Positions 48,296-58,480 of a stretch of DNA of 64,000 bases are shown in pieces. The stretch's first letter is position 1; each line of letters begins with the position of its first letter. The translations under genes and the position numbers were made by a program. The stretch is from an uncultured Terracidiphilus sp. Lineage in GTDB: Bacteria > Acidobacteriota > Terriglobia > Terriglobales > Acidobacteriaceae. The stretch spans positions 2,328 to 66,327 of the forward strand of contig CAZMWL010000022.1 of the NCBI GenBank assembly GCA_964569985.1, in the 5' to 3' direction. The notes under the pieces are model-generated. The model was not told the DNA's origin. It did not search any database and saw only the letters and a program-made list of their open reading frames with translations.

Positions 48296-48408
48296 TAGTT
48301 CATAGTTCTCAGCTATTGGTTATCAGTTGCTCAGCGAACCAGCCGTTCCTCTTTGCCGCAGCTCTTGCCCAGCCACGAAAAACTGACCACTGATCACTGA
48401 CCACTGAC
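48296..48408. repeat. Inverted heptamer arrays between iscS and mnmA
   Basis: TAGTTCA TAGTTCT CAGCTAT TGGTTAT CAGTTGC ... AACTGAC CACTGAT CACTGAC CACTGAC. Confidence 0.7.
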
Positions 48409-49572
48409 AATTGCTTCCGGCGCCAGCGCCCTTAAATGTTCCACAGCCTGCGGCACCACGCGCAACACTTGATCCACATCCTCTTCCGTCGCCGTCCTCA
48501 ACAAACTGAATCGCAAACTCGCACGCGCCGCATGTTTGTTGAGTCCCATCGCCATCAGCACGTGGCTGGGCTCGGTCGAGCCGGAATGGCACGCCGATCC
48601 GCCGCTCACGGCCACGCCCTTCAAATCGAGCGCAATCACCAGCGCCTCGCCTTCCACCTGCTCAAAGCGGATGTTCGTGGTATTCGCCACGCGCGGCGCG
48701 CCGGCGCCGTTCACGCCCGTGCCCGCAATCCGCAAAACTCCTGCCTCAAGCCGGTCGCGCAATCCTGCAATGCGTTCGACGGTTCCATCCGCCAGGCTTT
48801 CCATGGCCAGTTCCGCGGCTTTGCCCAGTCCCACGATGCCGGGCACATTCTCCGTGCCCGCGCGCTGCCGGCGCTCGTGGCTCCCGCCCACAATCAGCGG
48901 CTCCAGCGGCGTCCCGCGCCGCACATACATCGCGCCCACGCCCTTCGGCCCGTGCATCTTGTGCGCGCTGATCGAGCACAGATGGCACCCGAATCGCCGC
49001 ACGTCGAAATCGACCTTCCCCGCGCCCTGCACGGCATCGATATGGAAAAACGCACCCGCCTCTGCGGCCACCTTGCCGATCACTTCCACCGGCTGCAATA
49101 CGCCCGTCTCGTTGTTGGCCAGCATCACACTGACTAGGGTCCTTCGAGAATCGCCTAGCCGCGTCTGTGGCCGCACCGCGCGCCGAATCTCTTCAGGATC
49201 GATCAATCCATTCGCGCGAGGCGCAACAAACGTCACCTCCGCGCCGCGCTCCGCCGCACGCTCCGCCGCACGCAGCACAGCGGAGTGCTCAATCGCCGTC
49301 GTAATCAGGTGGTCGCCCGCGCGCACCAGCCCGAAGATCGCCGTGTTGTCCCCCTCGGTCCCACCAGAGTTGAACACCACCTCCGCCTCGCGGCAATGGA
49401 AAAACGCGGCCAGCGTTTCGCGCGCCGCGTCCACCGCCTTCCGCGCCCGTTGCCCCTGCAGATGAATCGACGACGCATTCCCAAAATCCTCCATCAAATA
49501 CGGGCGCATCGCCTCCATCACCTCTGGCGCGAGAGGCGTGGTGGCATTGGCATCGCAATAAACGCGTCGCAT
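48394..49572 (-). CDS. iscS: Cysteine desulfurase (IscS/NifS group I)
   Basis: DANATTP, SGGTE, ANNETG, DAVQ, SAHKMHGPKG, SGGSAC; alternative GTG start at 49587. Confidence 0.93.
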   Translation of the reverse strand: MRRVYCDANATTPLAPEVMEAMRPYLMEDFGNASSIHLQGQRARKAVDAARETLAAFFHCREAEVVFNSGGTEGDNTAIFGLVRAGDHLITTAIEHSAVLRAAERAAERGAEVTFVAPRANGLIDPEEIRRAVRPQTRLGDSRRTLVSVMLANNETGVLQPVEVIGKVAAEAGAFFHIDAVQGAGKVDFDVRRFGCHLCSISAHKMHGPKGVGAMYVRRGTPLEPLIVGGSHERRQRAGTENVPGIVGLGKAAELAMESLADGTVERIAGLRDRLEAGVLRIAGTGVNGAGAPRVANTTNIRFEQVEGEALVIALDLKGVAVSGGSACHSGSTEPSHVLMAMGLNKHAARASLRFSLLRTATEEDVDQVLRVVPQAVEHLRALAPEAIVSGQ

Positions 49573-49691
49573 CGGGGAAGACTCCACATATAAATTGTAC
49601 GGGGAATCGCGATTCCAGGCGAACTCGCCTCGCCGCTGCTGCCATTTAGAATGCCAGAAGCACACTTCCACGATTTCCGGAGCTCGCCCGC

Positions 49692-50615
49692 ATGACCGAA
49701 TCGCCCACCACGGCCACGAATCCCCGCATCCTCATCGTTGGCAATGCAGGACAGCTCGGCCGCGAGCTCGAAAAAATCTTCTTGGGTGTCGGCCCCATCG
49801 TCGGTGTCGATCGCGAATCGGTTGATCTTGCCGATGCCGGGCAAACCCGTGAGCTGGTGCGCCGCGCCGCGCCTCATATCATTCTCAACGCCGCCGCCTA
49901 CACCGCCGTCGACCGCGCCGAGACCGAGCGCGATCTTGCCTACGCCATTAACGAGCAGGCGCCGCGCATCCTCGCCGAAGAAGCCCTCCGGCGCAACGCC
50001 CTTTTCGTCCACTACTCCACGGATTACGTTTTCGACGGCGGCAAATCCTCGCCGTGGGTCGAAACCGATGCGCCGAATCCGCTCAATGCCTACGGCGCAA
50101 GCAAGCTTGCGGGCGAGCGGGCCGTCGAAAACACCGGTGGCAAATTCCTCATCTTCCGCACCAGCTGGGTCTACGGCCCTCACGGCAACAATTTTCTCCT
50201 CACCATGCTTCGCCTTGCGCGTGAGCGCGACCGCCTCTCCATCGTCGATGACCAGGTCGGCGGGCCCACAACTTCCATCGAGCTTGCCCGCGCCACGCAC
50301 TCGATCGTCACCGGCATTCTCGCCGGCCGTTTTGGCACTCCCGAGGACTGGACCGGCCTCTACCATATGACCTGCGGCGGTTCCGTCTCCTGGTTCGGCT
50401 TTGCCCAGGCCATCTTCGCCCGCGCAGCCCGGCTTTTCGATCTCAAGCCGCCCGCTCTCACCCCCATCACCACCAAGGACTATCCCACCCCTGCTGCGCG
50501 CCCCCGCAATTCCGTGCTCTCCAACGCCAAACTGCAGGCCCGCTTCGACCTCGAGCTTTCGCCCTGGGAATCGGCCCTGAAAGAAACTCTCCAGGTGCTT
50601 CGCAACACTGAATGA
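49692..50615 (+). CDS. rfbD: dTDP-4-dehydrorhamnose reductase
   Basis: GNAGQLG, NAAAYTAVD.AE, STDYVFDG, YGASKLAGE, DDQVGGPT. Confidence 0.95.
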   Translation: MTESPTTATNPRILIVGNAGQLGRELEKIFLGVGPIVGVDRESVDLADAGQTRELVRRAAPHIILNAAAYTAVDRAETERDLAYAINEQAPRILAEEALRRNALFVHYSTDYVFDGGKSSPWVETDAPNPLNAYGASKLAGERAVENTGGKFLIFRTSWVYGPHGNNFLLTMLRLARERDRLSIVDDQVGGPTTSIELARATHSIVTGILAGRFGTPEDWTGLYHMTCGGSVSWFGFAQAIFARAARLFDLKPPALTPITTKDYPTPAARPRNSVLSNAKLQARFDLELSPWESALKETLQVLRNTE

Positions 50616-50633
50616 TTTGCCGAGGCGCCCCCA

Positions 50634-50668
50634 AACTGACCACTGACAACTGATCACTGACCACTGTT
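50634..50668. repeat. Heptamer array (ACTGACC family)
   Basis: AACTGAC CACTGAC AACTGAT CACTGAC CACTGTT; same unit as 48381-48408. Confidence 0.85.
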
Positions 50669-50743
50669 CTGTGACGCCCGTCCTATGCACCCGCCCGAGG
50701 CGCTTTCTACACTATGGGCGCTCTATTGAGTCGAGGTGTCCTC

Positions 50744-51919
50744 ATGCCTTCCAAAACCTCCCGCCGCGATTTCCTTGCCGCCGGTGTTTCCGCCGGGTTG
50801 CTCGCTCCGTTGGCCAGCGCAACTCCCGCCTTCGGCGTCCTCACGCCGCAATCCGGCGAAGCGCGCTCCGCATCCGCCGTCAAGCTCAGCTACAAGATGC
50901 TCGGCCGCACCGGCCTCCGCGTTACCACCGTCGGCTTCGGTTGCATGATCACCTCCGACCCCAGCGTGATTGAGCGCGCCGCCGACCTCGGCATCAACTA
51001 CTTCGACACCGCGCGCAGCTATTCGCGTGGCAACAACGAGCGCATGGTCGGCGCGGCGCTCGGCGGCAAGCGCAAGCAGATCGTTCTCTCCACCAAAACC
51101 CACGCGCCCGACAAAGCCGGCATGATGCAGCATCTCGATCAGAGCCTGCGCGAGCTCAATACCGATTACATTGACATCTGGTATCTGCACGCTCGCAGCG
51201 ATCCCGCCGATATTTCCGACGAACACATTGAAGCTCAGCAACTTGCCAAACAGCAGGGCAAGGTCCGCTTCATCGGCGTCAGCACCCACAGCGGCCAGCC
51301 GCTGCTCATTCCCTGGATGATCCAGAAAAAAGTTTTCGACGTCGTGCTTTCGGCCTACAACTTCACCATGGATCCCGCCATGGATCAAGCCGTGGAACTG
51401 GCAGCCAAAGCCGGTCTCGGCGTAGTCGCCATGAAGGTCATGGCCGGCGGCTCGCGCAGCCACAAGCCTGGCGATCCCATCGGCGGCAGGCTTGCCCAAC
51501 CCGGCGCGATGCTCTCGGCGCTCAAGTGGGTGGTCAAAAACCCCAACATCGCCACCACCGTTCCCAGCATTACTGACATGGATCAGCTCGACGAAAACCT
51601 CAAGGCGATGCAGTACGCCTTTTCATCCAACGACGCCAGCATTCTCACCGCGCACCTGGAGCGGATTCGCCCGTTCTATTGCCGCATGTGTGGCGCGTGC
51701 GATGGCGCGTGCCGCCAAGGGCTGCCTGTGGCCGACGTGCTGCGCTGTCTCACTTATGCAGAGGGCTACGGCCAGTTCGCGCTGGGCCGCGAGCGTTATC
51801 TCGAGCTCGCCCAGCCGCCCGCCATTCGCTGCGCCGATTGCGCCGGCTGCACTGTGAATTGCCCGCACGGCGTCCACGTCGCCCGCCGCATGGCCCGCGC
51901 ACAGGAGCTTTTTGCATGA
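50744..51919 (+). CDS. Tat-signal aldo/keto reductase with C-terminal 4Fe-4S domain
   Basis: SRRDFL; GINYFDTARSY, LSTK, TDYIDIWYLH; CRMCGAC and CADCAGC...CP. Confidence 0.88.
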   Translation: MPSKTSRRDFLAAGVSAGLLAPLASATPAFGVLTPQSGEARSASAVKLSYKMLGRTGLRVTTVGFGCMITSDPSVIERAADLGINYFDTARSYSRGNNERMVGAALGGKRKQIVLSTKTHAPDKAGMMQHLDQSLRELNTDYIDIWYLHARSDPADISDEHIEAQQLAKQQGKVRFIGVSTHSGQPLLIPWMIQKKVFDVVLSAYNFTMDPAMDQAVELAAKAGLGVVAMKVMAGGSRSHKPGDPIGGRLAQPGAMLSALKWVVKNPNIATTVPSITDMDQLDENLKAMQYAFSSNDASILTAHLERIRPFYCRMCGACDGACRQGLPVADVLRCLTYAEGYGQFALGRERYLELAQPPAIRCADCAGCTVNCPHGVHVARRMARAQELFA

Positions 51920-52755
51920 AGTTTTCCGCGCTGCTGCTCTCAGTCCTTCTCACCTCCGGCTCCGCCGCCGCGCAAAGCGTTCTCGACTGCCACATCGCTC
52001 CCGGCTGGGAGCAGTCCGGCGTCATCCGCCAATACGACTCAGGCAATCTCTTCGATTACAAGGATGGCGGCGCGGAGGGCTACCTCATCTTCGGCTTCGT
52101 GCGTATGAGCACGATCGACTGCAAGTCCGCCGAAAGCACGCTCACCATCGATCTCTCTGAGATGACCGATCCCGATGCTGCCTATGGACTCTTCGCTGCC
52201 AACCTCGATCCCACTTCGCCCATCTCGCAGATCGGCATGGGCGGCCAGGTCGAGGCGCAGAGCGCAACCTTCGCCAAGGGAAATTTCTACGTGGAGATTG
52301 TCGAAGTTTCCGCCGATGCCAACGCCGACGACTCTTCCGCGCTGCGCAGCATGGCCTCCACGCTCGAAGTGCGACTGCCCGGCCGCGTCACGCCGCCCGC
52401 GCAGTTGCGCTGGTTTCCGCCTGACAACATTGCGCCAATCCGCATGGTTCCGCAGAGCGTCTTAGGCCTGCGCGAGCTCAAGCGCGGCTACGTGGCCAAG
52501 TACCAGGCCGGCCAGGCCTTCATCGTCCTTGAAGCCACGCCCGAATCCGCGTCTCTCGTACTAAAGGCTCTTCACGAGCACTTCCCCGGCGCGGTCCCGG
52601 CGCTGGTGGGCGACGAGGCGTGGATCGCCAGCGCGCCATACCTTGGCGGTATCTGCATCTTGCGCAAGGGCCGCGTCCTGGCCGGCTACGTCAATCTGCC
52701 CACGCCGCAGCAGGCCGCAACGCTGGCCGCGGTGCTCGCCGGCCGCATTCCGTAG
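51916..52755 (+). CDS. Secreted DUF6599-like protein
   Basis: Signal peptide; NLFDYKDGGAEGYL..GF, AAYGLF, KGNFYVEI; ATGA overlap with the upstream gene. Confidence 0.7.
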   Translation: MKFSALLLSVLLTSGSAAAQSVLDCHIAPGWEQSGVIRQYDSGNLFDYKDGGAEGYLIFGFVRMSTIDCKSAESTLTIDLSEMTDPDAAYGLFAANLDPTSPISQIGMGGQVEAQSATFAKGNFYVEIVEVSADANADDSSALRSMASTLEVRLPGRVTPPAQLRWFPPDNIAPIRMVPQSVLGLRELKRGYVAKYQAGQAFIVLEATPESASLVLKALHEHFPGAVPALVGDEAWIASAPYLGGICILRKGRVLAGYVNLPTPQQAATLAAVLAGRIP

Positions 52756-52847
52756 AGTATTTTCAACGATTGGATGAAGGGCAGAATTCCTGGGCGCCCA
52801 CCCTCGGCGTGCATTCGTTTTTGCGGGCTAGCAACCATTGCTTCCGC

Positions 52848-52886
52848 GCCCCCATCCTTTTCGCGCTCTATGCGAAAAGGGTGGGA
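52848..52886 (+). repeat. REP-like palindrome, copy 4
   Basis: CCCCATCCTTTTCGC-GCTCTAT-GCGAAAAGGGTGGGA between convergent genes. Confidence 0.85.
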
Positions 52887-52941
52887 AAGCTAGAAGGCTG
52901 GGTACACCATCCAAGAACCGGTGTAGGGTGGGATAACCGCG

Positions 52942-53997
52942 TCACGATCCCCGCGTATACGCATCCAGCAGCATCCGCGCCGCGCGAAACGACGTCCTGC
53001 GGCCCTCTGCCACGTCCCGCTCCAGCGCCTCCACGCGGCTGCGCACCGCATCATGCGAATCGAACCGCTGTCGCAGCGCCTGATCGATCATCTCGTGCAT
53101 CCATCGCCGCTGCTGCTCGCGCCGCGCACTGCCGAACCAACCATTCGCCCGCGTCCGTGCCGCGTACTCCAGCGCGCACTCCCACAGTTCGCGAATCCCC
53201 GCGCCCGTCCGCGCCGAGCACGTCATCGCGCGCGGTGTCCATCCCGATTCCGCCGCCGGAAAATAGTGCAGCGCGTTCTGTGCCTCGGCCCGCGCCCGCT
53301 CTGCCGCGGGCCCATTCGCGCCATCGGCCTTGTTCACGGCCACCAGGTCCGCCAGCTCCATCACCCCGCGCTTGATCCCCTGCAACTCATCGCCCGCACC
53401 GGCCAGCGTGATCAAAAGGAAAAAGTCCACCATCTCGTGCACGGCAGTCTCTGACTGACCCACGCCGACGGTTTCCACCAGAATGTTCCGGTATCCCGCT
53501 GCTTCGCACAGCAGCATCGCCTCGCGCGTCCGCTGCGCTACGCCGCCCGCCATGCCGCGCGAAGGCGACGGCCTCACGAAGGCCATCTCGCTCGCGGCCA
53601 GCGTCGTCATGCGTGTCTTGTCGCCCAGAATGCTGCCGCCGGAAATCTGGCTGCTGGGGTCGATCGCCAGCACTGCCACTTTCTGCTTCTGTTCCGCGAT
53701 CAAGTACCCGCCCAGCGCTTCAATCAAGCTGCTTTTGCCCGCGCCCGGCACGCCGGTAATGCCCACGCGGATTGAGTTGCCGCTGTGCGGCAGGCAATCC
53801 TCCACAATCTGTTCTGCCAGTGCGCGGTCCGCTTCGCGCGCACTCTCAATAAGCGTGACCGCGCGCGCCAGCACCGTCCTGTCGCCGCGCAAAATGCCTG
53901 CGACATACTCCTCGCGCGAAAGCGGCTTGCGCTTTTGTGCGACGCGTGGGGTTGGCGGCGTCTCACACCCGGCAATTTCGCGCATTGAGCTCTTCAT
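52942..53997 (-). CDS. meaB: Methylmalonyl-CoA mutase-associated GTPase MeaB
   Basis: GITGVPGAGKS, DPSS..SGGSILGDKTRM, ETVGVGQSE, NKAD. Confidence 0.96.
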   Translation of the reverse strand: MKSSMREIAGCETPPTPRVAQKRKPLSREEYVAGILRGDRTVLARAVTLIESAREADRALAEQIVEDCLPHSGNSIRVGITGVPGAGKSSLIEALGGYLIAEQKQKVAVLAIDPSSQISGGSILGDKTRMTTLAASEMAFVRPSPSRGMAGGVAQRTREAMLLCEAAGYRNILVETVGVGQSETAVHEMVDFFLLITLAGAGDELQGIKRGVMELADLVAVNKADGANGPAAERARAEAQNALHYFPAAESGWTPRAMTCSARTGAGIRELWECALEYAARTRANGWFGSARREQQRRWMHEMIDQALRQRFDSHDAVRSRVEALERDVAEGRRTSFRAARMLLDAYTRGS

Positions 53998-54018
53998 GGC
54001 ATTCGCCGATCCGTTTCG

Positions 54019-56151
54019 CTACATGGTCACGCTGGCGCTTAGCATCTCTACAATCTTTTGCGCCGCCACGGGAATCACCGTTCCCGGCCCATAAATCCCT
54101 GCCACACCGGCCTTGTACAGAAAATCGTAATCCTGCGGCGGAATTACGCCGCCCACCACTACCAGAATGTCGTCGCGGCCCAGCGCGCGCAACTCGGCGA
54201 TCAGTTGAGGAACCAGCGTCTTGTGTCCCGCGGCCAGGCTCGACACGCCCACCACATGCACGTCGCTGTCGAGTGCGAAGCGCGCCACTTCGTGCGGCGT
54301 CTGGAACAGCGGCCCGATGTCCACGTCGAATCCGATGTCGGCGAATGCCGTCGCAATCACCTTGGCGCCGCGGTCGTGCCCGTCTTGGCCCATCTTCGCC
54401 ACCAGAATCCGCGGCCGCCGTCCCTCCTCGCGCTCAAACTCCTCCACCATCCGCCGCGCCTTGCGAAATTCCTCGCCGCCCGCACTGGCCGCCGAATACA
54501 CGCCGGCGATGGTCCGCGTCGTAGCTGCATACCGTCCCCACACGTTTTCCAGCGCCTGCGAAATCTCGCCCAGCGTGGCGCGCTTCCGCGCGGCTTCTAC
54601 AGCGCACTCGAGCAAGTTGCCCTCGCCCGCCGCCGCGCACTTCTCCAGTTTTGCAAGCGCCTCGTGCACCGCGCTGCCATCGCGTTCGCGCTTCAACTGC
54701 TCCAGCCGCTTCACCTGCGCCTGCCGCACCGCGTCGTTATCGATATCGAGCACAGGAATTTCCGGCTCTTCGGACGCAGCATAGGCATTCACGCCCACAA
54801 TCACGTCGCTTCCCGCATCAATCCCCGCCTGCCTCCGTGCCGCCGCCTCTTCAATCCGCATCTTGGGCAAGCCGGTCTCGATCGCCTTCGCCATGCCGCC
54901 CAGTTTTTCAATCTCCGCGATCCGTTCCCACGCCGCGTGCATCAATTCGTGTGTCAGCCGCTCCACGTAATACGATCCCGCCCAGGGATCGACCATGCGC
55001 GTGATGCCTGTTTCTTCCTGCAGATAAATCTGCGTATTGCGCGCGATACGCGCGGAGAAATCGGTGGGCAGCGCCAGCGCTTCGTCCAGCGCATTGGTGT
55101 GCAACGACTGCGTGCCGCCGAAAGCCGCGGCCAGAGCTTCAACGCACGTGCGCACCACGTTGTTATACGGGTCCTGCGCCGTCAGGCTCCATCCCGAAGT
55201 CTGCGAATGCGCCCGCAGCGCCAGCGATTTGGGATTCTTCGCGCCGAAGCTCTTCACAATCTTTGCCCACAGCATGCGCGCGGCGCGCATTTTGGCAATC
55301 TCCATAAAATGGTTCATGCCCACGCCCCAGAAGAACGAAATCCGCGGCGCAAAGTCGTCCACATCGAGGCCCGCCTTCACGCCCGTGCGCAGATACTCCA
55401 GTCCATCGGCCAGCGTGTAGGCCAATTCCAAATCTGCCGTTGCGCCCGCTTCCTGCATGTGGTATCCGCTCACGCTGATGCAGTTAAACCTCGGCATCTT
55501 TTCCGCGCAATAGCGAAAAATGTCGCCGACAATGCGCATCGATCCCTCAGGCGGATAGATGTACGTGTTGCGGACCATGAACTCTTTCAGAATGTCGTTC
55601 TGGATGGTCCCGCTCAGCTGCTCCGGCGGCACGCCCTGCTCCTCGGCAGCCACAATATAGAACGCCATGATCGGCAGCACTGCGCCGTTCATCGTCATCG
55701 ACACCGACATCTGCTCCAGCGGAATGCGGTGGAAGAGAATCTTCATGTCGAGAATCGAGTCGATGGCCACGCCCGCTTTGCCCACGTCGCCCGTCACGCG
55801 TTCGTGGTCGGAGTCGTAACCGCGGTGCGTCGCGAGGTCGAACGCCACTGAAAGTCCGCGCTGCCCCGCGGCCAGGTTGCGCCGGTAAAACGCATTCGAT
55901 TCTTCCGCTGTCGAAAACCCCGCATATTGCCGGATGGTCCATGGCCGCGTGGCATACATCGTGGAGTGCGGCCCGCGCAGATACGGCGGTATTCCCGCTG
56001 CGTAATCCAGATGTTCGAGTCCCTCGAGATCCGCCCGCGCGTAAGAACTCTTCAGCGCGATATGCTCGGGCGAAAGCCATTCATTGGCTTCGCGCGCAGC
56101 GCTCTTGGCCGCTGCGGGTTTCCAATCGATCTTTGCAAAGTCTGGACGCAT
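54019..56151 (-). CDS. scpA: Methylmalonyl-CoA mutase, large (B12-binding) subunit
   Basis: [38 protein letters not shown]. Confidence 0.97.
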   Translation of the reverse strand: MRPDFAKIDWKPAAAKSAAREANEWLSPEHIALKSSYARADLEGLEHLDYAAGIPPYLRGPHSTMYATRPWTIRQYAGFSTAEESNAFYRRNLAAGQRGLSVAFDLATHRGYDSDHERVTGDVGKAGVAIDSILDMKILFHRIPLEQMSVSMTMNGAVLPIMAFYIVAAEEQGVPPEQLSGTIQNDILKEFMVRNTYIYPPEGSMRIVGDIFRYCAEKMPRFNCISVSGYHMQEAGATADLELAYTLADGLEYLRTGVKAGLDVDDFAPRISFFWGVGMNHFMEIAKMRAARMLWAKIVKSFGAKNPKSLALRAHSQTSGWSLTAQDPYNNVVRTCVEALAAAFGGTQSLHTNALDEALALPTDFSARIARNTQIYLQEETGITRMVDPWAGSYYVERLTHELMHAAWERIAEIEKLGGMAKAIETGLPKMRIEEAAARRQAGIDAGSDVIVGVNAYAASEEPEIPVLDIDNDAVRQAQVKRLEQLKRERDGSAVHEALAKLEKCAAAGEGNLLECAVEAARKRATLGEISQALENVWGRYAATTRTIAGVYSAASAGGEEFRKARRMVEEFEREEGRRPRILVAKMGQDGHDRGAKVIATAFADIGFDVDIGPLFQTPHEVARFALDSDVHVVGVSSLAAGHKTLVPQLIAELRALGRDDILVVVGGVIPPQDYDFLYKAGVAGIYGPGTVIPVAAQKIVEMLSASVTM

Positions 56152-56196
56152 TTGTTGCTCTCAACTTACCTAACCTAAACAACCCTGAGTAACGAG

Positions 56197-56625
56197 TTAC
56201 TGTACCGGCTTGATAAAATACCCCGACACGCGCCACTTCCCGTCCTTGTCGAGCATGGGCGTAATCGTCTCAATGAACTGATTCTTGCCCGCAAACTCGG
56301 TCTTGTATTGAATGACGACGTACTCCCCTTTCGGCGCATCGGGAAGATCGGTCTCATACATCGATCCCATCAACGAACGATTGCCGGCGGCTCCCAACGG
56401 CAGGCGCACCTGCTGCAGCGCATGTTGCCAGTCTGCCTTCGTCACCTTCGATTGAAAGAACGACGCAGCCTCCTCCCAGCTTTGGCCATAGTTGCCATGG
56501 TCGACTAGCGCCAACCAGTCCTGTGCGCTTTGCTCCGCGGCCTTTCGTTTCTCCGCTTCATTCTGCGCAAACGCCGCCGAGCACAGCAGCAGTCCCAATA
56601 GGGCAGTCGATAGGATTCGTTTCAT
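56197..56625 (-). CDS. DUF4019-like secreted protein
   Basis: Signal peptide; WLALVD.G.Y..SW, GEYVVIQYKTEF, WRVSGYF; AAGGAG RBS. Confidence 0.8.
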   Translation of the reverse strand: MKRILSTALLGLLLCSAAFAQNEAEKRKAAEQSAQDWLALVDHGNYGQSWEEAASFFQSKVTKADWQHALQQVRLPLGAAGNRSLMGSMYETDLPDAPKGEYVVIQYKTEFAGKNQFIETITPMLDKDGKWRVSGYFIKPVQ

Positions 56626-56670
56626 GATTGTCTCCTTTCCATGAAGACATGCTTCTGACTTGTTGAAACG

Positions 56671-56704
56671 GGGTGCCCCGGGTCTCGATTCTGACACCCG
56701 GAAA
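56671..56704 (+). repeat. REP-like palindrome (GGGTGCCCC type)
   Basis: GGGTGCCCCGGGTCTC-GATTCT-GACACCCGG. Confidence 0.55.
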
Positions 56705-56728
56705 ACCGCGAACTTCATCCTTCCTTAT

Positions 56729-58480
56729 TCAAACCAACAGCCTTTCTTGCCACTTCGTCAACAACTCCACCGGATGGCTGCGCACGTGCACAAAATCCGC
56801 AATCCCCGTCGCCTTCAACTCTTCCGCGTTCTCGGGATTTCCCGCGACAATCACCGGCGTCTCGCGTCTCAGCGCCGCAAGCTTCGGCAGCAAAGCCGAC
56901 GCCAACGCCGCATACTCCGCATCCGCGCTGCACAGCACAATCAAATCCACATCCGCCGCGGCAATCTCCTCGGCTTTTTTGAAGCGCCGAGTCTGTATCT
57001 CGAATCCCGCGCAGGCAAAGAAATTCGCCGCAAAATTCGAACGTGCTGCGCGCATCTTCACGTCGCCGATCTCCGCCAACAGCACACGCGGCGTTTTGCC
57101 TCCCGCGGCCGCATGGCGCTCCGTGCGCAGCCGCAACTCCTCGTACATACGCGCTCCGCGCAAATCAGCATGCACTCGCTGCTCGTCTATGCGGCCCAGC
57201 GCACGCTCTGCCGGATTTGCATACTGATTCGTGCCCACCAGTACCCGCTTTCGCGATGCAACCGCATGCTCGCGCGCTGCCAAGCTCCGTTCCAGCGTCT
57301 GCGCAATCGTTCCTTCGGCCTGCGCCTTGCGGAACCCGCCGCGCGCTTCAACGTCTTGCATGACTCTCCAGCCCTCGCGCGCCAGAAAATCCGTGATCGT
57401 CTCAAGGGCGTACGAACCCCCGCCGGCGTCGGCCACGCGTCCCAGCCACGCCTCGTGCTTCAGCAGCAGTTGCGTGTTCCGCGCCAGCCGGCGGCTTGCC
57501 TCGTCCGGAGTTCCATAGCACGCATCGAAGGGCGTTACCATCACTGCATCCGCTCCACCCAGCACCGCGGCCATCGCCTCGGTGGTGGCGCGCAAAGTAT
57601 TCACGTGGGGATCGTAGACGGTTTTATTCCATTTCGACGTGTGCACCGCGATCCGTCCCCGCGCCGCCTCATGCGTGCCGCCAAAGCTCTCCACCGCCCG
57701 CGCCCACAGCATGCGGAATGCGCGGAACTTGGCAATCTCGAAGAAATAATTGGAGCCAACGGCGAAGCTGAACTCAAGCGCAGCCGCCGCGCGGTTCGCA
57801 TCCACTCCGCGCTCTGCAAGCGCTGCCAGAAAATCCACTCCAGCGGCCAGGGCGAGACCGGCTTCTTCAACGGCCGTCGCTCCCGCATCGGCAAACGCCG
57901 CACCGTGAATGGTAAACGGTATCAGCCATGCCGGTGCGGCCCAAATCGTCTCCGCCGCAAACCCCACGCTGGCCAGCGCTTCGCATCCGGTCGAAATTTC
58001 CGCGGCTCGCGGCGTTCCATTCCGCCGCTTGATCAGCATCTGAAGCAGCGGCTCGCCGGCACGTTCAAAATGTACTGGAATCTCATCGAGATTTCTCAGC
58101 AGTACTTCCAATTCACCTGTACTCTCAACCAGGAGTCTGCTGCATGCAATGCCCTCGGCGCCCGCCGCCACCGCCGCACACGCCATGCGATTCGCTTCTT
58201 CCGCATCCGTGGCGTCAATCTCCTCGCGAATCCGCCAGCCGCCGGTGCTGCGCACGCCGCGCCGGTAGGGGAAACTCCCCGGCGTCGTATCCACGCATGC
58301 CAGTCCCGCTAAATCCTCGGCACGATAGAAGGGCTTCACTCCCAGCCCCTCGTTTGTCCGCCAAACAAGTCTCTTTTCGGGATCGGCGCCCTTCAGGTCC
58401 CGCGCAATCGCCGCCTGCCACTCCGTTGTGCTGACCGGCGGAAAATCCTCAAGCAGTTTTTCAGTCTCCATGGTTTTCAT
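56729..58480 (-). CDS. mutA: Methylmalonyl-CoA mutase, small subunit
   Basis: YFFEIAKFRAFR, DPHVNTLRATTE, RRLARNTQLLL, GGGSY; lacks the DxHxxG B12 motif. Confidence 0.9.
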   Translation of the reverse strand: MKTMETEKLLEDFPPVSTTEWQAAIARDLKGADPEKRLVWRTNEGLGVKPFYRAEDLAGLACVDTTPGSFPYRRGVRSTGGWRIREEIDATDAEEANRMACAAVAAGAEGIACSRLLVESTGELEVLLRNLDEIPVHFERAGEPLLQMLIKRRNGTPRAAEISTGCEALASVGFAAETIWAAPAWLIPFTIHGAAFADAGATAVEEAGLALAAGVDFLAALAERGVDANRAAAALEFSFAVGSNYFFEIAKFRAFRMLWARAVESFGGTHEAARGRIAVHTSKWNKTVYDPHVNTLRATTEAMAAVLGGADAVMVTPFDACYGTPDEASRRLARNTQLLLKHEAWLGRVADAGGGSYALETITDFLAREGWRVMQDVEARGGFRKAQAEGTIAQTLERSLAAREHAVASRKRVLVGTNQYANPAERALGRIDEQRVHADLRGARMYEELRLRTERHAAAGGKTPRVLLAEIGDVKMRAARSNFAANFFACAGFEIQTRRFKKAEEIAAADVDLIVLCSADAEYAALASALLPKLAALRRETPVIVAGNPENAEELKATGIADFVHVRSHPVELLTKWQERLLV

